From Malacoraja senta (taxonomy: Eukaryota), in contig CM075993.1 in NCBI GenBank assembly GCA_038087875.1, forward strand, positions 3,164,001-3,228,000: DNA of 64,000 nt, given 5' to 3'. A model generated the notes under the pieces. It worked only from the letters and a program-made list of their open reading frames with translations, made no database searches and was not told the DNA's origin. Position numbers and translations under genes: made by a program. Positions 37,416 through 48,270 of this stretch are shown piece by piece (positions within the stretch are counted from its first letter, which is position 1; the number at the start of each line of letters is the position of its first letter).

Positions 37416-40400
37416 AGGAAAACATGAGAACAGGCCCTTCGGCCCACAATGTTTGTGCTGAGCATGTTGGCCAATTCCTATCTGTCTGCACATAACACAT
37501 ACCCTCTGTTCCCTGAACATCCATGTGCCTATCTAATGGGTCCTGAAATGCCACTATCGTATCTGCTTCCACCACCACCCCCAGCAGCGCCTTCCACACA
37601 CCCACCACCCTCTGTGTAAAATAACTTGCCCGCACATCTCCTTGAAACTTTTTGTATTTGGAGTGTGGGAGGAAAGTGGAGATTCCAGAGAAACCCCACA
37701 CAGGTCACGTACAAACTCCGTACAGACAGGACCTTTAGGTCAGGTTCGAACCCGGGTCTCTGGTGCTGTGAGGCAGCAACTCTACCGCTGCGCCACCGTG
37801 CATTAAATGTGATTGTAATGAAGCCACAAGGAACTGCAGATGCCGGTTTATAAAGAAAAGCCTCAAAGTGCTGGAGTAACTCAGCAGGTCAGACAGCATC
37901 TGTGGAGAAAAGGAATAGCTGGTGTTTTGGGTCGAGGCCCTTCTTCAGAGAGGTCTGAGACTCCAGTCTGAAGAAGGGTCTCGACCCGAAACGTCACCCA
38001 TTCCTTCTCTCCAGAGATGCTGTCTGACCCGCTGAGTTACTCCAGCACTTTGTGCCCTTCTCTTCGATGCCGTGGTGAAGGACACCAACAGTCTGACATT
38101 ATAACAGAAATAATTGCAGTGAGAAGCCACACAGAGTGCGACTTCACCCCAGTAAATCCGCCAGAATGTCGTGGCCTTTCATCAATTAGTGATGCAGAAG
38201 TTGTATGAAAAATGATAGCGAAAAAAAAAAATATTCAAAAAAAAACCTCTTCAGAAATGTCATGTTGCTTCCAATTTACAGTCATGACAAATGTTAGGTT
38301 TTGCAATTTAAAATAAACCAACCTTCTTGGAATTATCAGCTTTCTACAAAGAGCGAATGACTGTCTGATCTGTCTGGCAGGCACTTCCAGTTGCCACTGC
38401 CCACTCGTTTTGTTCATCAGAGAACTTCCAGCATCTGAATCATTGACAAACAAAAGCAGTTCTCTCTTTGGCTGTCAATGGGTGCAAGGTGTAGCACTGA
38501 TGGGTAAACGGTACATCTGTGGAGAGCCAACGGTTTTGAAGTGAACATAAAACAGGCAGAGAAACAAAGGCACAATGAGACGCAGTAACTCAGCGGGTCA
38601 GGCAGCAACTCTGGGGGACATGGATAGGTGACGTTTCGGGTCGGGACCCTTCTTGAGACTCGGAAATCTGAATCTGAAGAAGCATCCCAACCTAAAACAT
38701 CACCTTTAGTTAAATTTAGTTTAGTTTAGAGATACAGCGCGGAAACAGGCCCTTCGGCCCACTGAGTCCGTGCCGACCAGCGATCCCCACACATTAACAT
38801 TACCCTACGCACACTTTTACATTTGTGTGTAGGGACAATTTTACAAGGGACAAGGGACAATTTTACATTTGCACCAAGCCAATTATGTCTTCATGGCCTC
38901 TAGTAGTAGACGTCATAGCCTCAGAATTAAAGTACGTTCCTTTAGGAAGGAGATGAGGAGGAATTTCTTTAGTCAGAGGGTGGTGACTCTGAGGAATTCT
39001 TTGCCACAGAAGGCTTATGGAGGCCAAGTCAATGGATATTTCTAATGCAGAGGTAGATAGATTCTTGATTAGTGCGGGTGTCAGGGGTTATGGGGAGATG
39101 GCAGGAGAATGGGGTTGAGAGGGAGAGATAGCTCAGCCATGATTGAATGGTGGAGTAGACTTGATGGGCCGAATGGCCTAATTCTTCTCCTATCACTTCT
39201 GAACCTATGAAATCAATAGTCATACCACTGGGGGGCATAAGCTGCCCAAATATGAGGCGCTGTCGTATGAGATAAGTCTTGGCATCATGTCCAGCACAGA
39301 CTGTGTGGGCCAAAGGGCCTGTTCTTATGCTGTACTGTTCTATGTTTGCTGTTCTATCCCAAGCTCTCCACTCCCATTACCCAGTCTGAAGAAGGCTCCT
39401 GACCTGAAACGTCACCTGTCCGTCGGTTGGGGCAACGGTCGATGAAGGCGCCGACTGACAGGCAGGGACGGACCACATTGGGAGTGTGGACCCCGCTGTC
39501 GGGGGGAAGGAACGATGGGGACCCAGCCTGGGGGGGACCTCTGTTAGGGGGGGGGGAGAACTAAGGAGGACCTGGCGCGGGGGTACTTGTTAAATACCCT
39601 GCATGTGGCTTGTACACTCTGGAATTTAGGATGAGAGGGGACCTTATTGAAACATAGAAGATTATTAAGGGTTTGGACATTGGCTATTTTTAAGAGCCCT
39701 ATCTAGCTCTCTCTTGAAAGCATCCAGAGAACCTGCCTCCACCGCCCTCTGAAGCAGAGAATTCCACAGACTCACCACTCTCTGTGAGAAAAAGTGTTTC
39801 CTCGTCTCTGTTCTAAATGGCTTACCCCATATTCTTAAACTGTGGCCCCTGGTTCTGGACACTCCCAACATCGGGAACATGTTTCCTGCCTCTTTTTGCG
39901 TCTATCTTCGGTTTAAACCAGCATCTGCAGTTCCTTCCTCCACATTCAGGTGGTGGTTTGTGGTTTGGGGCAACTTTAAGGAACACAAACGGCCGCCACT
40001 CATCAAAGCAATGAATTGGAATTGGGAGAATTTGATCTTTAATATAAAGCACAGTGTGACTTCCGAACAACACTTCAGTACCCGCTGTGACTTTGTGCAG
40101 TGTTTATCTGTTTTAAAGTCATTCACCAAGGGTCTCCAAGGTAAATGCTGGCAAACTCCGCTGTGGTGCGCAATCAATCAATTCCCTTTCGAAAATTAAC
40201 ATTTTGTCTGAAAAATTTGAAAACAAGATTTCAACACACTTTCAACAGCAAAAGACTTTGAAACACATTGACATTTGTAATGTGGAAAGGTGAGAAAAAT
40301 CAGATGTTGGAATCTCGAGTAGAAAAAACTGCTGGAGGAGCTGTTGGATTCACACAAAGGGTGTATGGAACGAGCTGCCAGAGGAGGTAGTTGAGGCAGG

Positions 40401-40553
40401 GACTATCCCAACGTTTAAGAAACAGTTAGACAGGTACCTGGATAGGACAGTTGTGGAGGGATATGGACCAAACGCGGGCAGGTGGGACTAATGCAGCTGG
40501 GACATGTTGGCCGGGGTGGGCAAGTTGGGCTGAAGGGCCTGTATCCACACTGT

Positions 40554-40814
40554 CTTCTTCTTCTTTCGTGTGGCGTGCACAGCCTAAAGTTGTTGGAGTT
40601 GTTGTCTGAAGAAGGGTTTCGGCCCGAAACGTTACCTATTTCCTTCGCTCCATAGATGCTGCTGCACCCGCTGAGTTTCTCCAGCATTTTTGTGTACCTT
40701 CGATTTTCCAGCATCTGCAGTTCCTTCTTTAACAACTTGTTCTATTTGATCTTTGTGCACGTCGAGGTGATTGCATTATTCGAAACAGGGCGGACCACGT
40801 GAATCTTCCACCCC
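40554..40814 (-). mobile_element. HDV-ribozyme SINE (copy 2, degraded) interrupted by a Penelope terminus (~40604-40733)
   Basis: TSD TCCACACTGT (40544-40553, 40817-40826); P2/P3 partly deleted. Confidence 0.8.
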
Positions 40815-40957
40815 TTTCCACACTGTAACACTCTATGACTCTAACTCAGCGGGTCAGGCAGCATCCGTGGAGGAACGGAGTCTACTACAGTCTGAGGAAG
40901 GGTCCCGACTCGATATCTTGTCAGTCCGTTTCTCTCCACTGCTGCCTGACCTGCTGA

Positions 40958-41260
40958 GTTTAGTTTAGTTTAGAGTAACAGCGCGGAAACAGGCCCTTGG
41001 GCCCACCGAGTCCGCGCCGACCAGCGATCCCCGCACACTAACACTATCCTACACACAATAGGGACACATTTACAATTCTACCTAGCCGATTAGCCTACAA
41101 ACCTGCGCGTCTTTGTGGAGTGTGGGAGGAAACCGGAGCTCACAGAGAAAACCCACGCAGGTCACAGGGAGAAGGTACAAACTCCGTGCAGACAGCGCCC
41201 GTGGTCAGGATCGAACCTGGGTCTCTGTCGCTGTGAGGCAGCAACTCTACCGCTGCACCC
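40958..41260 (-). mobile_element. V-SINE (HE1-like)
   Basis: Tail, V-domain and head on minus strand. Confidence 0.85.
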
Positions 41261-41770
41261 AACACCCTGTTATTTGTAATCAATGTTCAAAAAGTGGCAG
41301 GAATTGCGGACTTTTATTGTTTTGAATTGATGGAGGAACTGAAATTCAATCACATCGCCTTGCTTTTTAAGCATTGCACAACCAACATTGATTTTATTTT
41401 TCGAGAGCGAGCTGCAATAGAGATTGTTTGCTCTTACACCACTCGGAGTGTTCAGCCAGGCATTGTGTGTTGTGAGTCATCCACAGCCACTGGTGGAGAT
41501 GCTGCCAGACAGCGCCAGAGACCCGGGTTCGATCCTGACTACGGGTGCTGCCTGCACATTCTCCCCGTGACCATGTGGGTTTTCTCCCACACTGCAAAGA
41601 CGTGCAGGTTTGTAGGTCAATTGGCTTCTGTAAAATAGTAAATAGTCCCTAATGTGCAGCAGAGTGTGTGTGCATGTTGGTCATTGTGGAGGAAGGAACT
41701 GCAGATCCTGGTTTAAACCGGAGATAGACACCAAAATCTGGAGTAACTCAGCGGGACAGGCAGCATCTCT

Positions 41771-41903
41771 TCTTCTTCTTCTTGCGTATGGCATGCACAG
41801 TTGTAGGACAACTTGTTCTGTTTGATCTTATTTGATTGTACGCCGGGTTGATTGCATTCGTCGAAACAGGGCAGACCACGTGAAGGTTGCAATCTCCCAC
41901 CCC
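41771..41903 (-). mobile_element. HDV-ribozyme SINE (copy 3) inserted in a Penelope terminus
   Basis: TSD GCAGCATCTCT (41760-41770, 41904-41914); (AAG)n tail. Confidence 0.9.
41850..41903 (-). ncRNA. Candidate minimal HDV-like ribozyme
   Basis: P1 GGGGTGG/CTGCCCT, P2 GATTGCA/TGCAATC, P3 ACC/GGT, L3 TTCACGT, J4/2 CGAA. Confidence 0.75.
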
Positions 41904-43226
41904 GCAGCATCTCTGGAGAGAAGGAACGGGTGACGTCTCAGGTCGGGACCCTTCTTCAGGCTTGCCCCGCCCCCCCCCACCCCCACTCCCCTCCCCAATC
42001 TTTGCACATCCCCAATTCTTTCCACTCGTCACTTTAATTTCATGTTTCACGCATTTTGCGTTTTTATGACAGTTGGCAGATCAATTTAATAAAGTTCTAT
42101 CGTATCGTATCGTAGTGATCAGGTCGTCCTTTCCAGGTGAAGGTGCGGGCCTAAAGGGTCTGTTTCCATGTTAAATCGCTAGGCTAAACTAAACTGAGCC
42201 CAGGTGGTGGGATGGACAAAGACCCCAATGCAGCAAGCACGGCACAATGCATGTGTCATAGAAATATAGAAACATAGAAAATAGGTGCAGGAGTAGGCCA
42301 TTCGGCCCTTCGAGCCAGCACCGCCATTCTATATGATGTGTGTGCTAAAACAAAGCAAGAATTTTATTGTCCTATCAGGGACACATGACAATAAAACTCT
42401 CTTGAACTCTTGATCATGGCTGATCATACACAATCAGTACCTGCTTTCTCCCCATATCCCTTGATTCCGTTAGCCCTAAGAGCTCTATCTAACTCTCACT
42501 TGAAAACATCCAGTGAATTGGCCTCCACTGCCTTCTGTGGCAGAGAATTCCACAAATTTACAACTAACTCTCTGGGTGAAAAAGTTTTTCTTCGTCTCAG
42601 TCCTAAATGGCCTAGCCCTTATTCTTAAACTGTGAATTCTCTGAACTCACTGCTTTCAGGGCAGTAGCACGCTGTCGTAAAACCCCCAGGCTGGGAGTCG
42701 CTAAATTATTCAAGGGTCAATTGCGAGAATTATGGTGTTGAGATTTTCTCCTGATTTCTATGTAGTCATGAAGAAATATTGATGTGGAAAGTGAATTGCA
42801 GCCACAGGCCGCAATTATGCAGCTTTAAGGCGAGGCCAAATAAAACGCACCGCTGATTTCATGTTAATTTTTCCTGCGCTTTTTTTCTGTGATCCATCTG
42901 TTGGAAGTGAACGGTGGAAAAAAAAAATTTCCCGCCATCAATTGGTATTGCGGTAAGATTGGACTCGCACAGGTCATGGGGAGGACGTACAAACTCCGTA
43001 CAGACAGCACCCGTAGTCGGGATCGAACCCGGGTCTCTGGCGCTGTGAGGCAGCAGCTTTCTACCGCTGTGCCACCATGCACTAAAAATGTGATTTATAA
43101 TGAAGCCACGAGGAACTGCAGATGCTGGTTTATAAATTAAAAAAAGACACAAAGTGCTGGAGTAACTCAGCAGGTCAGGCAGCATCTCTGGATAGGTTGC
43201 GTTTCAGATCAGAACCCTTCATCTGT

Positions 43227-43702
43227 CATAGAAACATAGAAACATAGAAATTAGGTGCAGGAGTAGGCCATTCGGCCCTTCGAGCCTGCACCGCCATTCA
43301 ATATGATCATGGCTGATCATCCAACTCAGTATCCCGTACCTGCCTTCTCTCCATACCCTCTGATCCCTTTAGCCACAAGGGCCACATCTAACTCCCTCTT
43401 AAATATAGCCAATGAACTGGCCTCGACTACCCTCTGTGGCAGAGAGTTCCAGAGATTCACCACTCTTTGTGTGAAAAAAGTTCTTCTCATCTCGGTTTTA
43501 AAGGATTTCCCCCTTATCCTTAAGCTGTGACCCCTTGTCCTGGACTTCCCCAACATCGGGAGCAATCTTCCTGCATCTAGCCTGTCCAACCCCTTAAGAA
43601 TTTTGTAAGTTTCTATAAGATCCCCTCTCAATCTCCTAAATTCTAGAGAGTATAAACCAAGTCTATCCAGTCTTTCTTCATAAGACAGTCCTGACATCCC
43701 AG
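43227..43702 (-). mobile_element. Young CR1 3' fragment with uninterrupted ORF2 C-terminus
   Basis: PGMSGLSYEERLDRLGLYSLEFRRLRGDLIETYKILKG...GYGEKAGTGY*. Confidence 0.92.
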
Positions 43703-44394
43703 GAGAAGGAGTCTGATTATAAAAAGGCACATATCCAACTTCATTGCATTTCGGTGTCAAGTCATTGCTGACTCGGTCACTGAAGTCCGCGTGGAAGTAG
43801 ATGGGATGCACCTTAACCTGAGGCTGTGGGAAGCACAGGGGGAAGAGCAATCTCCAACATCAACGTGCGCACGGCCAGATCTTAGTACATTATTTGAGAT
43901 GGTGTCAAATCCTATCTTATAACGGCGCTGTGAAGTGCAAGGTGGTGAATGTAGGCAGCCGGTGTTTCTGAATGTGCATCGTAGAGATGATCCACCGGAT
44001 TCTTTTTGGGGAGTTTTAATGAATCTGAAGCACGGGGAATGCGAGCACTCAACATCACAGTTTGGGCGAGATGAAAATGGAATTAAGGCGTCAGGCAGTG
44101 ATGGAATGTGAAACTGCTAAAGCAATTGCGAGCGGGTACGGAGACGTTGTGACCTTTAGTCATGCATGCTCCTGGATTGTACTCCTAACAGATACAAGGC
44201 GACGGTTCGACATAGAAACACTGCAGGCGTTTGGGCAGGTGAGGCTCCTGCTTAGTACAATGGGAGCCGCAAGATTTTTGGTTTTGTTTCTTGTCGTCAC
44301 GTGTACCGAGGTACCGTGAGAAGCCTTTGTTTGCAGGAAAGACCACACATGAGTACAATCAAGCTGTCCGCAGTGCACGGATAAAGGATAAAGG

Positions 44395-44762
44395 TTGACA
44401 AAAATGCTGGAGAAACTCAGCGGGTGAGGCAGCATCTATGGAGCGAAGGAATAGGTGACGTTTCGGGTCGAGACCCGGAAGGGTCTCGACCCGAAACGTC
44501 ACCTATTCCTTCACTCCATAGATGCTTCCTGGTCTCGACCCGAAACGTCACCTATTCATTCGCTCCATAGATGCTTCCTGGTCTCGACCCGAAACGTCAC
44601 CTATACCTTCTTCAGACTGATATGGGGGGGGGGAGGGGGGGGGGGGGGACGGGAAGAAGAAAGGAAGAGGCGGAGACAGTGGGCTGTGGGAGAGCTGGGA
44701 AGGGGAGGGGAAGGAGGGAGAAAGCAAGGACTACCTGAAATTGGAGAAGTCAATGTTCATAC
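44395..44762. mobile_element. Palindromic/tandem Penelope-terminus composite plus minus-strand 3' UTR
   Basis: GTTTCGGGTCGAGACCCGGAAGGGTCTCGACCCGAAAC palindrome followed by ~50-bp tandem units. Confidence 0.75.
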
Positions 44763-45192
44763 ATCATTTAGTGCAAGACAAAGTCCCGAGAAAGTCCAAT
44801 TCTTAAAAGTGTACAAGTTCATGACGGGGAATAGATTGGGTAAATACACAGCCTTTTGCCCAGAGTAGGGGAATCGAGAACCAGAGGGCATAGGTTTAAG
44901 GCGAAGGGGAAAAGATTTAATGGGAATCTGTGGGGTAACTTGTCTACACAAAGGGTGGTGGGTGTATGGAACGAGCTGCCGAAGGAGGTAGTTGAGGCAG
45001 GGACTATCATAATGTTTAAGAGACATTTGGACAGGTACATGGATAGGAAAGATCCCAACCCAATCTGTCTCTTATCCATGTCCTCCACAGATGCAGCTTG
45101 GCTCTCTGGGTTTTTGTTTAGTTTAGAGATACAGCGTGGATACAGACACTTCGGCCCACCAAGTCCGCGCCGACCAGCGATCCCCGCACATT

Positions 45193-45717
45193 TAATAATA
45201 ATAATAATAATAATAATAATAGATTTTATTTACATAGCGCTTTTCAGGACTCAAAGTCGCTTTACATTGAGAGTCAGGAATAAACAAAACAAAATAGAGC
45301 AGTAAGACAGAGGGGAGGGGAACATGGGACTAAGGGTATGCAGAGGTGAAGAGATGGGTCTTGAGGCGGGACTGGAAGATGGTGAGGGACTCAGAATTTC
45401 GGACCGGTTGTGGGAGGGAATTCCAGAGCCTGGGAGCTGCCCTGGAGAAGGCTCTGCCTCCAAAAGTGCAGAGGTTTGATTTCGGAGTGGAGAGGAGACC
45501 AGCTGATGTGGATCTGAGGGACCGTGAGGGTTGGTAGGGGGAGAGGAGGTCAATGAGATAAGGGGGGGGGCAAGTTGTTGAGGGCTTTGTAGGTGAGGAC
45601 CAGGATTTTGTAGGTGATCCGGTGGGAAATGGGAAGCCAGTGTAGTTCTTTGAGAACTGGGGTGATGTGGTGCCAGGATTTGGTGTGGGTGATGAGTCGG
45701 GCGGCTGCATTCTGGAA
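45193..45717 (-). mobile_element. L2 LINE 3' fragment inserted in a V-SINE (45115-45872)
   Basis: FQNAAARLIT..HITPVLKELHWLPI..RITYKIL then a frameshift, RAFSRAAPRLWNSLP; (TTA)n tail. Confidence 0.9.
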
Positions 45718-45882
45718 ATTTACACTATATCCACACACTCGGGGCAATCTATATTTGTACCAAGCCAATTAGGAAGTTAGCCTACAAACCTGTACGTCTT
45801 TGGAGTGTGGGAGGAAACCGGAGCACCCGGGGAAAACCCACGCAGTCACAGGGAGAACGTACATACTCCAAACAGTTATAAT

Positions 45883-46398
45883 TGCTGCCTCACAGCACCA
45901 GAGACCCGGGTTCGATCCTGACTACGGGTGCTGTCTGCACGGAGTTTGTACGTTCTCCCCGTGACCTGCGTGAGTTTTCTCCGGGGGCTCCGTTTTCCTC
46001 CCACACTCCAAAGACGTGCAGGTTTTTAGGTTAATTGGCTTGGTATAAGACAATAGACAATAGGTGCAGGAGTAGGCCATTTGGCCCTTCGAGCCAGCAC
46101 CGCCATTCAATGTGATCATGGCTGATCATCCCCAATCTGTACCCCGTTCCTGCCTTCTCCCCATATCCCCTGACTCCGCTATCTTTAAGAGCCCTATCTA
46201 GCTCCCTCTTGAAAGCATCCAGAGAACCGGCCTCCACCGCCCTCTGAGGCAGAGAATTCCACAGAATTTACACATAAGTGTAAATAGTCCCTAGTGTGTG
46301 TAGAATAATGTTGGTGTGCGGGGATCGCTGGTCGGTGCGGACTCGGTGGGCCGAAGGGCCTGTATCCAGGCTGTGTCTCTCTAAACCAAACTGAACTG
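45883..46398 (+). mobile_element. V-SINE interrupted by a minus-strand CR1 3' piece (46048-46265)
   Basis: SINE head and tail flank a CR1 3' UTR. Confidence 0.8.
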
Positions 46399-46863
46399 AA
46401 TACACAGATTGACAGTAACACCATAATTATGCAAGAGCGAAGAAACTTAAGGGGCCTGAAATGTGGTGAGGACAGTGATTGATGGCGCTGTACGGTTCGC
46501 CCCTGCCCTGATTTCCTTCATTACACAGTCGCATTGCCTTTATTTACTCGATGATTAGAATGACCTGTGTCTCGGGTGAGGATCTCACCATGCCTGGTTT
46601 AAGATGAATTAGCCTTCCAACGCATTGCAGAATGCCTATGGAAATGCACGATATAAGACAATTTTTTGCAACTCCTTTCCTGCTTATCATTTAACGCAAA
46701 TCGTCAAAGTGCAAGAGGAAATGTTAGCCGCACACGAGATCGGTGGTGCATAATGTCAAACATTAATGCTAGATCTCTGGGGAGGAACAGAAAATGATTA
46801 AACAGTCAATCTACACATGAACCAGAACAGATGTGGAATTATTTTAATTTGTCCGATGGGCAC

Positions 46864-46901
<38 letters not shown>

Positions 46902-47259
46902 TCCCTCATTCTATCCATCATTGTGTTGTGTATCTGCCAGCGTTTCACCTGTTTGTTCAAGAGGTGCAGGATGGGGAGAAGTTGAAATGTCACCGTGTAT
47001 CTTTTCAGGAGCTGGCTTTCTCCAGGAGCAGGCAGTACAGAGTGTGCAGGAAGGAATTGCAAGTGCTGGTTTAATCCGAAGATAGACACAAAAAGCTGGA
47101 GTAACTCGGCGGGACAGGGCAGCATCTCTGGAGAGAAGGAATAGGCGACGTTTCGAGTCGAGACCCTTCTTCAGTACAGAATGTTTAGGGGCGGAACAGT
47201 GGCGCGGCGGTAGAGTTGCTGCTTTACAGCGCCAGAGACCCAGGTTCGTCCCTGGCTTA

Positions 47260-47589
47260 TGGGCCTGTCCCACTTACGCGGCTTTTTCGGCGACTGCCGG
47301 CACCCGTCACAGGTCGTTGCAGGTCGCCGAAAATGTTCAACATGTTGAAAATCCAGCGGGGACCAGAAAGACGCCACGACTCTTTGGGCGACAGAGGAGA
47401 CGACTCACGACCATACAGGCGACATGTCGCAGGGTGAAGCCTGTACGGTCGTGAGTAGTCGCCCAAAGAGTCGTACCTTCTTCTGGTCGCCGCTGGATTT
47501 TCAACATGTTTAAATTTTTAGGCAACCTGCAACAACCTATGACGGGTGCCGGCAGTGGACGAAAAAATCGCGTAAGTGGGACAGGCCCA
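47260..47589. mobile_element. Long palindromic Harbinger-like MITE in a V-SINE (47190-47841)
   Basis: TIR TGGGCCTGTCCCACTTACGCG; arms complementary over most of the length; flanks TTA/TAA. Confidence 0.88.
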
Positions 47590-48138
47590 TAAGGGTGCTG
47601 TCTATACGGAGTTTGCATATTCCCCCCCGTGACCTGCGCGGGTTTTTCTCCGTGTGCTTCGGTTTCCTCCCACACTCCGAAGACGTGCAGGTTTGTAGGT
47701 TGATTGGCTTCTGTAAAATCAAAAATTGTTCCTAGTGTGTGTATGTGTAGTATAGTGTTAGTGTGCGGGGATCGCTGGTCGGTGCAGACTCGGTGGGCCG
47801 AAGGGCCTGTTTCCGCGCTGTATCTCTAAACTAAACTAAACAATATTGTGTGACAGCACAATGTGACCGTATCCCTCCAACCTGTCCTATTCATGTACCT
47901 GTCTAACTGTCTCTTAAGCATTGGGATAGTACCTGCCTCAACTACCTCTATTCCTATTAAATCTTTTCCCCTTCGCCTTAAACCTATGTCCCCTTGTCCT
48001 CGATTCGCCTACTCTGGGCAAAGGTCTCTGTGCATCTACCCGATCTATTCCTCTCATGATTTTATACACCTCCATAAGATCCCCCTTTATCCTCCTGCTC
48101 TCCAAGGAATAGAGTCCCAGCGTGCTCAACCTCTGCCT

Positions 48139-48192
48139 GGGGTGGGAGATTGCAACCTTCACGTGGTCCACCCTGTTTCGACGAATGCAATC
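48139..48192 (+). ncRNA. Candidate minimal HDV-like ribozyme (54 nt)
   Basis: P1 GGGGTGG(48139-45)/CCACCCT(48168-74) with G1-U wobble; P2 GATTGCA/TGCAATC; P3 ACC/GGT; L3 TTCACGT; J4/2 CGAA with putative catalytic C48182. Confidence 0.8.
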
Positions 48193-48270
48193 AACCTGGC
48201 GTTCACAAATAGAAGATCAAACAGAACAAGTTGTCTTACAACTTTAGGCTGTGCATGCCATACGCAAGAA
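48139..48270 (+). mobile_element. HDV-ribozyme SINE (copy 4), tail interrupted by young CR1 (48267-48626)
   Basis: TSD AACCTCTGCCT (48128-48138, 48633-48643) within an older minus-strand CR1 (47868-48810). Confidence 0.88.

Noticed and set aside
40769..40814. Functional HDV-like ribozyme in SINE copy 2
   Set aside because: The 5' strands of P2 and P3 are deleted and J4/2 is altered.
44481..44604. CRISPR-like array of ~50-bp repeats
   Set aside because: The intervening sequences are near-identical rather than unique spacers, the units derive from the Penelope terminus, and the context is eukaryotic with no cas genes.
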